Below, one piece after another: positions 1-9,386 of a stretch of 40,329 bases of DNA. Both the position numbers and the translations under genes were made by a program. Positions within the stretch are counted from its first letter, which is position 1. Each line of letters starts with the position of its first letter. The notes below the pieces were generated by a model, which saw only the letters and a list, made by a program, of their open reading frames with translations, was not told the origin of the DNA and searched no databases. Location of the stretch: contig CAJQLK010000016.1 of the NCBI GenBank assembly GCA_905479165.1, positions 1-40,329 on the forward strand, written 5' to 3'. Source of the stretch: an uncultured Flavobacteriales bacterium (GTDB lineage Bacteria; Bacteroidota; Bacteroidia; Flavobacteriales; BACL11).

Positions 1-2
1 GA

Positions 3-431
3 GCTGGAGTTGCTTATGGAACTTATACTAAAGATAAGAATGGTTTAACTGCTGGTGAGACTTATAGAGGTCAAGCTAGAGCATTCTGTGATCCAAATGG
101 AGGAGCTTACTTCTCATTATCTTGGACTCCATTAGTATACTGGACTCAGCCAACTTCTAGAATTGAAGGAGGAACAGCAATTGCTAACTTAGATATTTAT
201 CCTAATCCATCAAGAGATTTGTTTAGCATTAGCTTTACAAGTGAATATGTCCAAAACTTAAAGGTTAGAATCCTTAATGTAATAGGAGAGGAGTTGATGG
301 CTGATGACTTGCAACAATTTGTTGGTGAGTACACTAAACAAATTAACTTAAAAGAAAATGCAAAAGGGATTTATTTCTTAAAGATAGAGACTAATGATGG
401 AATAATTAATAAAAAGGTTTTATTACTCTGA
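3..431 (+). CDS. T9SS type A sorting domain-containing secreted protein, 5'-truncated by window edge
   Basis: Frame is open from base 3 (AGVAYGTYTKDKNGLTAGETYRGQARAFCDPNGG...NLDIYPNPSRDLFSISF...GIYFLKIET...KKVLLL*). IYPNP...GIYFL...KK is the T9SS CTD pattern. The ORF-track start at 219 is internal. Confidence 0.85.
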   Translation, partial: AGVAYGTYTKDKNGLTAGETYRGQARAFCDPNGGAYFSLSWTPLVYWTQPTSRIEGGTAIANLDIYPNPSRDLFSISFTSEYVQNLKVRILNVIGEELMADDLQQFVGEYTKQINLKENAKGIYFLKIETNDGIINKKVLLL

Positions 432-452
432 TTATTGTATAAAATACACTAA
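432..452. promoter_or_regulatory. Putative NrtR/AraR-family operator (21-bp imperfect palindrome, GT-N7-AC core)
   Basis: TTATTGTATAAAATACACTAA, core GT-ATAAAAT-AC. Matches the known NrtR-family site pattern, lies just upstream of the -7 box, and an NrtR-family gene ends the operon. Confidence 0.7.
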
Positions 453-459
453 GTATTTA

Positions 460-467
460 TATCTTTG
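460..467 (+). promoter_or_regulatory. Bacteroidota housekeeping promoter -7 element of the glucan operon
   Basis: TATCTTTG fits TAnnTTTG, 17 nt before ATG 485; a TTG at 435-437 is a candidate -33 element. Confidence 0.75.
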
Positions 468-484
468 CATAAAATTTTGATATC

Positions 485-2320
485 ATGAAAAAATTATTAT
501 TTATATATTTAATCCTATTTTCTGCAAATTCGTATTCACAGATAACTGCTACTTTTGAAGTAGATATGAGTTTATATCCAAATTCGTATTCGAATGTTGA
601 ATTCTACAGAGGGGGGCAATCGTATCCAATGCAAAATATTGGAGGAAATCATTATGAATATACAGCAATAGTTCCTGGTTTTCAAGCTTCAAATTATACT
701 TATAAATTTAAGGTAGATGGTATTTTAGAATCATTTAATGGTGCCGAAAGTTGTATTACTATTACGCCGACAGACACTTTAAGAGTAATAAATTTAAATT
801 TAAATATACCTTCAATTGTATGTTGGGAAACATGTTCTTTTTGTATAATATACGGCTGTACAGATTCAACTGCATCTAACTTCAATCCTATCGCTACTGT
901 TGATGATAGCACATGCATTACATGTAACTATGGCTGTATGGATACATTAGCAATGAATTTTGACTCACTAGCTACTTGCCAAGATACTTCATGTATTTAT
1001 CCACAAATATATGGTTGTACAGATTCAACTGCATGTAATTATGATTTTTTAGCGAATATAGATGATAGTTCTTGTGGATATTTAGTTGGGTGTACAGATT
1101 CTTTAGCATTTAATTATGATTCGTTATCTACATGTAGTGACAGCAGTTGTATGTACGAATATAATGTTACTTTTCAGTTGGATCTAAGAAATCAAACAAA
1201 TATCTCATACATTACTCCCGAGTTAAATGGAGAATTTAATAGTTGGTGTGGTGATTGTGCTCAAATGACTGATTTAAATAATGATTCTATTTGGGAAATA
1301 ACAATTCCATTACTTGAAGGTTCAGGCCCTTCAGGAACTCCTGGTTGGCAATATAAATTTTCTGCAGATAATTGGAATATAGAAGAGAATTTATTTTCAG
1401 GAGATCCTTGTACATTTACATCATCTGGATATACAAACAGATATATAAATGTTACTCAAGACACTATTTTAGATCCTGTATGCTGGCAAAGTTGTGTTGA
1501 TTGTTTTGGGCCACAGAGCTCATATAATGTTACTTTTCAGGTGGACATGACAAATGTATCTGGATTTAGCATTCCAGAAGTTAACGGAGAATTTAATGGA
1601 TGGTGTGGTAACTGTTGGCCTATGACTGATGTTAATGGAGATGATATTTGGGAGTTTACAACTTTAATTGATACTTCTTTACAGGAATATAAATTTTCTG
1701 CTGATAATTGGAATATTCAAGAACAATTAGACTCTAGTATGAGTTGTATATTATCTATTATTGATTCTTCAGGAAACGTATATGTAAATAGATACTTAGA
1801 TATTAATTCAGATACTATTTTAGAGGTTGTATGTTGGGAAGAATGTATTGATTGTTTCACTATGCAAACTTCATGGGACTGCAATGGTCAAGGAGATTGT
1901 TTTAACCCAGGAACTGGATTAGGGTTGTATCTAGACTCAATCGATTGTACGTTAAATTGCCAAACTACTCAATCATGGGACTGCAACGGTCAAGGAGATT
2001 GTTTTAACCCAGGAACTGGATTAGGGTTGTACCTAGACTCACTTGATTGTTCGTTTAATTGTCAAACCACTCACTTGATGGAGATGAATAATAATTATAT
2101 AATTTATCCAAATCCAACAAGTGAATTTGTCTATATTAATAGTAAAAAAAATATTGATAATATTATTATCTATAATAAAATTGGGGAAATAATATTTCAA
2201 ATTGATAATCCGAACCTAATAACAGAGATTAATTTTTCAGGAAAAGCATCAGACATTTATTTCATGGAGATTTATTATGGCACTAATATATATCGAGAAA
2301 AAGTTATTTTCAATAAATAG
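485..2320 (+). CDS. T9SS-secreted, Cys-rich multimodular protein with three CBM-like (Ig/E-set-like) modules, non-catalytic
   Basis: Signal peptide; three TF(E/Q)(V/L)D(M/L)...YKF...VCW..C..C modules; four GC(T/M)D repeats; two SWDC repeats; C-terminal IYPNP T9SS domain. Confidence 0.75.
   Translation: MKKLLFIYLILFSANSYSQITATFEVDMSLYPNSYSNVEFYRGGQSYPMQNIGGNHYEYTAIVPGFQASNYTYKFKVDGILESFNGAESCITITPTDTLRVINLNLNIPSIVCWETCSFCIIYGCTDSTASNFNPIATVDDSTCITCNYGCMDTLAMNFDSLATCQDTSCIYPQIYGCTDSTACNYDFLANIDDSSCGYLVGCTDSLAFNYDSLSTCSDSSCMYEYNVTFQLDLRNQTNISYITPELNGEFNSWCGDCAQMTDLNNDSIWEITIPLLEGSGPSGTPGWQYKFSADNWNIEENLFSGDPCTFTSSGYTNRYINVTQDTILDPVCWQSCVDCFGPQSSYNVTFQVDMTNVSGFSIPEVNGEFNGWCGNCWPMTDVNGDDIWEFTTLIDTSLQEYKFSADNWNIQEQLDSSMSCILSIIDSSGNVYVNRYLDINSDTILEVVCWEECIDCFTMQTSWDCNGQGDCFNPGTGLGLYLDSIDCTLNCQTTQSWDCNGQGDCFNPGTGLGLYLDSLDCSFNCQTTHLMEMNNNYIIYPNPTSEFVYINSKKNIDNIIIYNKIGEIIFQIDNPNLITEINFSGKASDIYFMEIYYGTNIYREKVIFNK
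854..1150 (+). repeat. Four tandem GC(T/M)D(S/T)xAxN(F/Y)...D(S/T)(S/T)C peptide repeats (about 25-27 aa)
   Basis: GCTDSTASNF, GCMDTLAMNF, GCTDSTACNY, GCTDSLAFNY in the translation. Confidence 0.85.
1871..2068 (+). repeat. Near-identical tandem direct repeat, 102-bp period, 2 copies
   Basis: tcatgggactgcaa(t/c)ggtcaaggagattgttttaacccaggaactggattagggttgta(t/c)ctagactca starts at 1871 and again at 1973; encodes SWDCNGQGDCFNPGTGLGLYLDS(I/L)DC twice. Confidence 0.95.
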
Positions 2321-2323
2321 ATT

Positions 2324-3394
2324 ATGGAAAGAATAATTTTATCAATAATATTTTTTGTATCATATACTGCTTCTTTCAGTCAGAACTGGCAATTAATTTG
2401 GGAAGACGATTTTAATGGAAATTCTTTGGATCAAAGTAAATGGATTCACGATATAGGTACTGGCTCTCAATACGGTATGTGGGGATGGGGAAATGGAGAG
2501 TTACAGTATTATCAACCTCAAAATACAATTTTAAGTAATGGAACTGCTAAAATTGAAGTTAAAGAAGAGCCAAATGGTATTGTTGATTCCTGGGGCGCAT
2601 CATCATATTTTTCTTCTTCAAAAATCACTACTAAAGGAATCTTTGATTTTAGATATGGTAAAGTGGAAGCTAGAATTAAAACTATTGATGGTCAAGGTTT
2701 TTGGCCTGCATTTTGGATGTTGCCAACTGGAGGAAGTTGGCCTTGTGATGGAGAAATAGATATTATGGAGCAGTGGGGAAATAATTATTTAACAAATAGT
2801 ACAACTGGAGCTGCACATATCGGTACTTGTCCTTATTCACAATCTACACATTTTTATGAGAGTTTCTCTAGTTATATTTCATCAGGATCATTTTCTGATG
2901 ATTTCCATACTTACTCAGTAATTTGGAAAGAGGATACTATTACTTGGTATGTGGATGAAACGGAACTATTTTCTTTAAATCCATCTAATTACTGGTCTAT
3001 CCCAACCCAAAGTGCTTGGCCATTTAACGCTAATGAATGGTATCTAATGATTAATTTAGCTATTACTCAAGCTGGACCAAATTCTAATACAGTATTTCCA
3101 AATCAAATGGAAATTGATTATGTTAGAGTTTACCAAGAAAACATTACTAGTATAGAGAGTGTTAGCGAGAACGAACATATAATTTTCCCTAACCCTTCAA
3201 ATAATTATATAGTTTTCAAAGGAAATAATCTTAAATATATTAGAATCTATAATATTGAGGGAAGCTTAATTTTAGATAAGATATTGAATATGAATAACAC
3301 GATAAATATAGAACATCTTGATAGTGGTATGTATTTGGTTGAGTTAGAAGATTCATTTGGGGTTAAGACTAATAAAAAAATAATAATTAATTAA
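2324..3394 (+). CDS. GH16 endo-beta-1,3-glucanase (laminarinase type) with T9SS CTD
   Basis: WEDDFNG, WGNGELQYY, GFWPAFWML, catalytic GEIDIME, DDFHTYSVIW, MEIDYVRVYQ; C-terminal IFPNP...GMYLV. Confidence 0.93.
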   Translation: MERIILSIIFFVSYTASFSQNWQLIWEDDFNGNSLDQSKWIHDIGTGSQYGMWGWGNGELQYYQPQNTILSNGTAKIEVKEEPNGIVDSWGASSYFSSSKITTKGIFDFRYGKVEARIKTIDGQGFWPAFWMLPTGGSWPCDGEIDIMEQWGNNYLTNSTTGAAHIGTCPYSQSTHFYESFSSYISSGSFSDDFHTYSVIWKEDTITWYVDETELFSLNPSNYWSIPTQSAWPFNANEWYLMINLAITQAGPNSNTVFPNQMEIDYVRVYQENITSIESVSENEHIIFPNPSNNYIVFKGNNLKYIRIYNIEGSLILDKILNMNNTINIEHLDSGMYLVELEDSFGVKTNKKIIIN

Positions 3395-3399
3395 AGAAT

Positions 3400-5076
3400 A
3401 TGGATATTGCAAAAATAGATGTTATTGTATTTGTTTCTTATTGTGTTTTGATTTTAGCAATAGGATTGTATGTTTCAAGAAATAAAGATGGTAAGAAAAA
3501 AACAGCTGAAGATTATTTCTTGGCGGGAAAATCTTTGCCATGGTGGGCAGTTGGCGCTTCACTAATTGCTGCAAATATCTCTGCAGAACAATTTATTGGA
3601 ATGTCAGGCTCAGGTTTTGCTCTTGGTTTAGCTATTGCTTCTTATGAATGGATGGCTGCAATAACATTATTAGTAGTAGCAAAATACTTTCTCCCGATTT
3701 TTATTCAGAAAGGCTTATACACAATACCAGAGTTTATTGAAAAGAGATATAGTACTAATCTAAAAACAATTTTAGCAATTTTCTGGATTGCATTATTTGT
3801 GTTTGTTAATTTAACCACAGTTTTGTATTTAGGTGGAAAGGCTTTAGATACAATTATTGGAACTGGAGATGGAAGTATTATAATGACTAGCATAATTGGA
3901 TTAGCACTTTTTGCATTAGCGTACTCTTTATGGGGAGGGCTTGCTGCAGTTGCTTGGACTGATGTAGTTCAGGTTGTTGTTTTGATATTTGGTGGTTTTA
4001 TGATGACTTATTTTGCATTAATTCATGTTAGTGGTGATGCGGATTCTTGGTTGATAGGTTTAAAGAATGTATACAATACTGTCCCAGAGAGATTTTCAAT
4101 GATATTATCAAAAGGTGAAATATTTACTCCAAATGGAAAGGATGCTTGGTGGGATTTACCTGGTCTTGCTGTATTAGTTGGAGGAATTTGGGTTGCTAAT
4201 CTTTATTACTGGGGTTTTAATCAGTATATTATTCAAAGAACATTAGCTGCAAAAAATCTTCAAGAAGGTCAAAAAGGACTTGTTTTTGCTGCATTTTTGA
4301 AATTATTAATTCCAATTTTTGTGGTTCTACCTGGTATAATTGCATATGTTATGGTCTTAGATCCAGCAACAGGGGCATTTGTAAAAGAATCATTACCATC
4401 AAGTTTTCTTGGTTTAGACGGGAGTATTTCAAATGATAATGCTTCTCCTTGGTTAATTAAAACTATAATTCCTGTTGGACTTAAAGGATTAATTTTAGCC
4501 TCATTAGCAGCTGCAATTGTTTCATCTCTTGCATCTATGATTAATTCGACATCTACAATTTTTACAATGGATATTTATAAATCATTATTTAATAAGAAAG
4601 CAACAGATGATCAAATGGTTAAAGTGGGTAGAATCTCAGGTTTTATAGCTTTAATGATAGCTTTAGTGATTGCTCCACAATTAGGAAGTTTGGGTCAAGT
4701 CTTTCAATTTATTCAAGAGTACACAGGTGTAGTTAGTCCTGGTATATTAGCTGTATTCTTAATGGGTCTTTTTTATAAGAAATCAACCAATAATGCAGCA
4801 ATTTGGGGTGTTATTCTATCAATACCTATCGCAATGTATTTTAAACTTGCTCCAGAGAGCTGGATGTTTGTTAATATTCCATTTATGCATCAAATGCTTA
4901 TAACGTGTATAGGTACCATAATCATAATATATGCAATCAGCTATCTTGAAGGAAATAAAAATAATTCAAAAGCCATAATTTTAACAAAAGAATTATTCTC
5001 AACTTCATCATCTTTTAATATTTCCGCTTTTCTTGTTTTATTAATCACAGTATTCCTTTACGCTTTCTTTCAATAA
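3400..5076 (+). CDS. Sodium:solute symporter (SSS), sodium/glucose cotransporter SglT-like
   Basis: DYFLAGKSLPWWAVGASLIAANISAEQFIGMSGSG, GGLAAVAWTDVVQ, YWGFNQYIIQR, AAIVSSLASMINS; many TM helices. Confidence 0.93.
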   Translation: MDIAKIDVIVFVSYCVLILAIGLYVSRNKDGKKKTAEDYFLAGKSLPWWAVGASLIAANISAEQFIGMSGSGFALGLAIASYEWMAAITLLVVAKYFLPIFIQKGLYTIPEFIEKRYSTNLKTILAIFWIALFVFVNLTTVLYLGGKALDTIIGTGDGSIIMTSIIGLALFALAYSLWGGLAAVAWTDVVQVVVLIFGGFMMTYFALIHVSGDADSWLIGLKNVYNTVPERFSMILSKGEIFTPNGKDAWWDLPGLAVLVGGIWVANLYYWGFNQYIIQRTLAAKNLQEGQKGLVFAAFLKLLIPIFVVLPGIIAYVMVLDPATGAFVKESLPSSFLGLDGSISNDNASPWLIKTIIPVGLKGLILASLAAAIVSSLASMINSTSTIFTMDIYKSLFNKKATDDQMVKVGRISGFIALMIALVIAPQLGSLGQVFQFIQEYTGVVSPGILAVFLMGLFYKKSTNNAAIWGVILSIPIAMYFKLAPESWMFVNIPFMHQMLITCIGTIIIIYAISYLEGNKNNSKAIILTKELFSTSSSFNISAFLVLLITVFLYAFFQ

Positions 5077-5088
5077 ATCTTAATATTT

Positions 5089-7389
5089 ATGTATAAATTT
5101 TATTTCCTTATAATAACTCTCCTTTGTTTTTCTTCATGCATCAATGAAGATTCTAAGTCATCATTTTTACTAGATTCAGAAAATGAAGCGTCAATTAGTA
5201 GTTTGATAAATGATATGACTATAGAAGAGAAGGTTGGGCAGACTTGCCAGATTACTTTAGATGCAATCTTAAAAAAAGACTCATCAGGAGTTTTAATAGA
5301 ACCTCATCAAATAGATAAAGCAAAATTAGATAAAGCGATATTAGAATATAATATAGGATCGGTTTTGAATGTATCCAACCATACTTTTAGTTTAGAAACA
5401 TGGCATAGTATAATTGATGATATTCAAACCATAGCATTAACAACAAAACATCAAATTCCAATTATATATGGTGTAGATGCTATTCATGGAGCTACTTATA
5501 TTAAAAATAGCACCTTATTTCCTCAAGAAATAGGTTTAGCAGCAACTTGGGATACTTCTCATGCTAGAATTATGGGAGCAATTACTGCTTATGAAACAAG
5601 AGCATCTGGAGTTCCTTGGAATTTTTCACCTGTCCTAGATATGGGTAGAAAACCAATTTGGTCACGTTTTTTTGAAACATTAGGTGAAGATGTTTATTTA
5701 GTAAAGACAATGGGTAAATCTATAATTAATGGGTATCAAGGAAATGGCATGGTTGATAAATATCATGTAGCTGCTTGTTTAAAACACTATGTAGGTTATA
5801 GCTATCCATCAAGCGGTAGAGATCGGACTCCTGCTCTTATCCCAGAAAGGACAATGGAGGAATATCATCTTCCTCCTTTTAAGGCAGCTATTGATGCTGG
5901 AGCCTTAACTGTTATGATTAATAGCGGTGAGGTAAATGGAATCCCTGGACATGCAAATAAATATTTACTTACAGATATTCTAAAAGAAAAATGGGGATTT
6001 TCTGGATTTACAGTTTCAGATTGGGAAGATTTTATTAATTTACATAAAGTAGCACAAACAGACTCTACTTTAAAAGATGCTATTGCAACAGCTATTAATG
6101 CTGGTGTTGACATGAGTATGGTTCCTAATAATCCAGAGTATAAGAACTATTGCAAATTATTCATTGAACTAGTAAAAGAAGGAAAAGTTAGTGAGGTACG
6201 TCTAGATGATGCAGTTAGAAGAATTCTTAGAGTAAAACATCAATTAGGATTATTAAATGAGGTTCGAATTCCAATTGATAATGATTATTCAAAATTTGGA
6301 TCAGAAGAACATAGAGTGGCATCATACAATGCAGCATCAGAATCTATAACATTATTAAAAAACGAAAAAGATTTACTTCCATTGTCAACTAACAATTCAA
6401 TTTTGCTTATTGGCCCAACAGCAAATAGTTTAAACTGTTTAAATGGAGCGTGGACACATACATGGCAAGGTGTGGATGAAACTTACAACAACAAATATCC
6501 AACTATTAAAGATGTAATTGAAGAAAGGTTTAGTAGCGTAAATTACTTTGAAGGATCAAAAATGATAATGAAAGATGGGGATGAGGCAGATATTCCATCT
6601 TCAGACCTTCAAAATGCTGTACAGACAGCAAAGTATTCAGATGTCGCAATTATCTGTTTAGGAGAGCTTCCATCTACTGAAAGGCCAGGTGATATTTATA
6701 CATTAGACCTGCCTAAAGAGCAGCAATTAATTGTTGAAGAACTAAGTAAAACAGGTATAGCTATAATTTTAGTTCTTGTTGAAGGACGGCCTAAGATCAT
6801 CAGAGATATTGAACCATTATCAGACGCTATTGTACAGGCATATCTTCCAGGTGATCAAGGAGCTTCTGCTATTGTTGATATATTGTGTGGAGATATAAAT
6901 CCATCTGGTAAATTGCCTTATACATATCCTAGACATAATGGAGTTATAATGCATTATGATCATAAACAATCAGAATTAATAAATGCAAATACTTGGAAGA
7001 ACGATTTTTATAGTCCACAATGGGATTTTGGTTTTGGTTTGAGTTATACCAAATTTGAATATTCTAATATGCAAATAAATAATAAGATATTATCCACAGA
7101 AAAAACATTATTAGTTTCAGTAGATGTAACAAATACTGGTAAAATGAAAGGGAAAGAAGTAGTACAGTTATATGTTAGAGATCATTTTGCTAGCATTTCT
7201 CCTTCACTAAGAAAGCTAAAAAGATTTACAAAGATTGAACTAGAACCATCAGAAAAAAGAACCGTAACGTTCACTATTGGTATTGAGGATTTAAAATTTT
7301 ATGGCAAGGAAAATAAATGGATAGTAGAGGAAGGAAAATTTAGTTTAATGATTAATAGTCTTTCCAAAGAGTTTAATTTTAAAAGATAA
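5089..7389 (+). CDS. GH3 beta-glucosidase (BglX-like), probable lipoprotein
   Basis: MTIEEKVGQ, DAIHG, FPQEIGLAATWD, CLKHY, nucleophile motif VSDW, NPSGKLP, FGFGLSYTKF, C-terminal FnIII (GKEVVQLY); lipobox-like FSSC. Confidence 0.93.
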   Translation: MYKFYFLIITLLCFSSCINEDSKSSFLLDSENEASISSLINDMTIEEKVGQTCQITLDAILKKDSSGVLIEPHQIDKAKLDKAILEYNIGSVLNVSNHTFSLETWHSIIDDIQTIALTTKHQIPIIYGVDAIHGATYIKNSTLFPQEIGLAATWDTSHARIMGAITAYETRASGVPWNFSPVLDMGRKPIWSRFFETLGEDVYLVKTMGKSIINGYQGNGMVDKYHVAACLKHYVGYSYPSSGRDRTPALIPERTMEEYHLPPFKAAIDAGALTVMINSGEVNGIPGHANKYLLTDILKEKWGFSGFTVSDWEDFINLHKVAQTDSTLKDAIATAINAGVDMSMVPNNPEYKNYCKLFIELVKEGKVSEVRLDDAVRRILRVKHQLGLLNEVRIPIDNDYSKFGSEEHRVASYNAASESITLLKNEKDLLPLSTNNSILLIGPTANSLNCLNGAWTHTWQGVDETYNNKYPTIKDVIEERFSSVNYFEGSKMIMKDGDEADIPSSDLQNAVQTAKYSDVAIICLGELPSTERPGDIYTLDLPKEQQLIVEELSKTGIAIILVLVEGRPKIIRDIEPLSDAIVQAYLPGDQGASAIVDILCGDINPSGKLPYTYPRHNGVIMHYDHKQSELINANTWKNDFYSPQWDFGFGLSYTKFEYSNMQINNKILSTEKTLLVSVDVTNTGKMKGKEVVQLYVRDHFASISPSLRKLKRFTKIELEPSEKRTVTFTIGIEDLKFYGKENKWIVEEGKFSLMINSLSKEFNFKR

Positions 7390-9386
7390 TGGCCGTAGGA
7401 GGAAAATATAAAGTAATTTTATTAATGATATTTTTCATTATTTATGTTCCTTTTCTGTCTTTTTCACAAGATGATTCCAATAGTATTTCTTTTCAAACTA
7501 CACCAATTAATATTAAAGATCCAATCTCAAATATACGTATGGGTGGATACTTTAGATTTTTAGGCTATGTACGTAACTTTCAAGAGATGTATGATTTTGA
7601 TGTTCCTAATTATTATTCTGGAGAATATCCTCAATCTACAACAATTAGCATAGGTACAGGATATCGTGAGCCAATGATGATGCTCTCAATTTCAGGAAAA
7701 GCAAATAAGTATGTTAATATTGGCACTGACTTAATGTTAAATAGTCCTTTTAACGGAACCTTTGATAATAATAGTGTAGCAATGTATCAAGGAACAAATG
7801 TATATTCTACCATAAATACTGATGTTGGTAAATTTGGTGTGCATGCTGGAGGGATAAAATGGTACAGGCAAAGCAAGCTTACTGTTTGGGCGGAAGAAGG
7901 ATATTTAAGATATAGTCTTTTTGAGCGCGCACCATACGATCCTTTGAGCAAGAAAGTGGCTGAGAGATATAGTAAATATTATGATAAAGGATCTATCTCA
8001 CAGGATTTGCGATTTGGAAATGTTGCTTTTCAAGGTCTTACTGTTACAGGTTCAGGAATTGAAGGACCTTCCTCTTCTACATTTTCATTTCAATCTATTT
8101 TAGGAAAGACACAAAATAATATTGGTGAATTAGTTTCATTTGGAAAAGATGATTATGCTACAGGTATTAGAATTAATAATGATTTAAGTAATGGTTCAAA
8201 TTTTGCTTATAATTATTTTTCTTCTCTGACAGCGACTGATTCTGTTAAAAATAATTATCGTCAGTTTGCTGTTAATTCTGTTGAATTTAATTTTAAACTA
8301 AATAAAATTAGACTTACTGGTGAAGCAGGATTTGGTAGCTATGAAAGTAATTTAATCGAAAAGCAAATAGGTGAATTATTGGTTGTAAATTTTGATATTC
8401 CAGAAGAATATTCAATAATTCCTTTTAAACTTCAATATTCAAAAATTGCTGCTGAAGCAGTTAATGTTAATTCTTCGTTTCAAAACACTTCGATAGTAGA
8501 TCTTGTCAATACAACCGTAATTGAGGAAGGGGCTGACGCAACAGTTCTTAGCTCATTTGGAGGGCCAATAAATAATTTAGGTTACTTAGCTAATAATAGA
8601 GAAGGATTTAGCTTGAACACAGAATTTAAAATTGGAGATTTGTCTGTTTCTGGTGGATTTGGTTTTTATTCTGAGCTAGAAAGAATAAATGCTAATTTTT
8701 CTTATAGTCATAAAACAAATGGGCTAATGCTATCCAGAATAGCCTATTTTAGTTCTGGTTATGGACCATATAAACAGTTCAACTCCTATTATAGAGGAGT
8801 TTTTGAAAATGTAAATGTTTCAGATAGCATATATGTAAATGATAGCACATTAATCTCAAGTGGACATCTTGATACAAATGGATTGCCTCTTTTTGATAAA
8901 TTCTATTGCTCTTCAGATTTACATTTAAAATATAAAACTAGAGTTTTTGGAAAGAACTTATTTTTATTTTCTCTTTTTAATTACAATACAGCACAGGATT
9001 TCTTTAGTATTTTACCTGTAACAAATTCTTCAGCATTTATTCGACATTTTAGTCAGCAGTTTGATTTATGTTATGAGTTAAATAAGACAACAACATTTGT
9101 ATTTAAACATGGCATTGAAAGAGTTTTAGGAAATAAGTATACAGATATTGATGATACTGATCCATATCCTGATGACGCTACATGGGGCGTAACTGAGGAT
9201 TATATTCCTTCTTTCAAACCAAGAGATCAATTTGGTAATCTGCTTGGTTTTGGGTTTGATATTAAATTAAATGAAGGTGCCTATTTGTTTTTAAGACATG
9301 CTGCTTTCCATTATTATGATAAGAACTTTTCAGCAACTAACATCAAAGGTAGTGAGTCTACTATTGAACTAAAAATTAATTTCTGA
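7389..9386 (+). CDS. Uncharacterised protein, predicted outer-membrane beta-barrel (barrel A)
   Basis: Signal peptide, many amphipathic strands, Gly/aromatic rich, C-terminal beta-signal-like STIELKINF; no TonB plug or SusC motifs seen; TAATG overlap with GH3. Confidence 0.65.
   Translation: MAVGGKYKVILLMIFFIIYVPFLSFSQDDSNSISFQTTPINIKDPISNIRMGGYFRFLGYVRNFQEMYDFDVPNYYSGEYPQSTTISIGTGYREPMMMLSISGKANKYVNIGTDLMLNSPFNGTFDNNSVAMYQGTNVYSTINTDVGKFGVHAGGIKWYRQSKLTVWAEEGYLRYSLFERAPYDPLSKKVAERYSKYYDKGSISQDLRFGNVAFQGLTVTGSGIEGPSSSTFSFQSILGKTQNNIGELVSFGKDDYATGIRINNDLSNGSNFAYNYFSSLTATDSVKNNYRQFAVNSVEFNFKLNKIRLTGEAGFGSYESNLIEKQIGELLVVNFDIPEEYSIIPFKLQYSKIAAEAVNVNSSFQNTSIVDLVNTTVIEEGADATVLSSFGGPINNLGYLANNREGFSLNTEFKIGDLSVSGGFGFYSELERINANFSYSHKTNGLMLSRIAYFSSGYGPYKQFNSYYRGVFENVNVSDSIYVNDSTLISSGHLDTNGLPLFDKFYCSSDLHLKYKTRVFGKNLFLFSLFNYNTAQDFFSILPVTNSSAFIRHFSQQFDLCYELNKTTTFVFKHGIERVLGNKYTDIDDTDPYPDDATWGVTEDYIPSFKPRDQFGNLLGFGFDIKLNEGAYLFLRHAAFHYYDKNFSATNIKGSESTIELKINF

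Noticed and set aside
3-431. Upstream T9SS gene as part of the glucan operon
   Set aside because: A separate promoter and operator lie between it and 485, and the visible part has no glycan-related motif; read-through cannot be excluded because there is no terminator.
1871-2068. Direct repeat considered as CRISPR or DGR template/variable repeat
   Set aside because: Only two in-frame coding copies, no spacers, differences are not adenine-specific, and no cas or reverse transcriptase gene is present.
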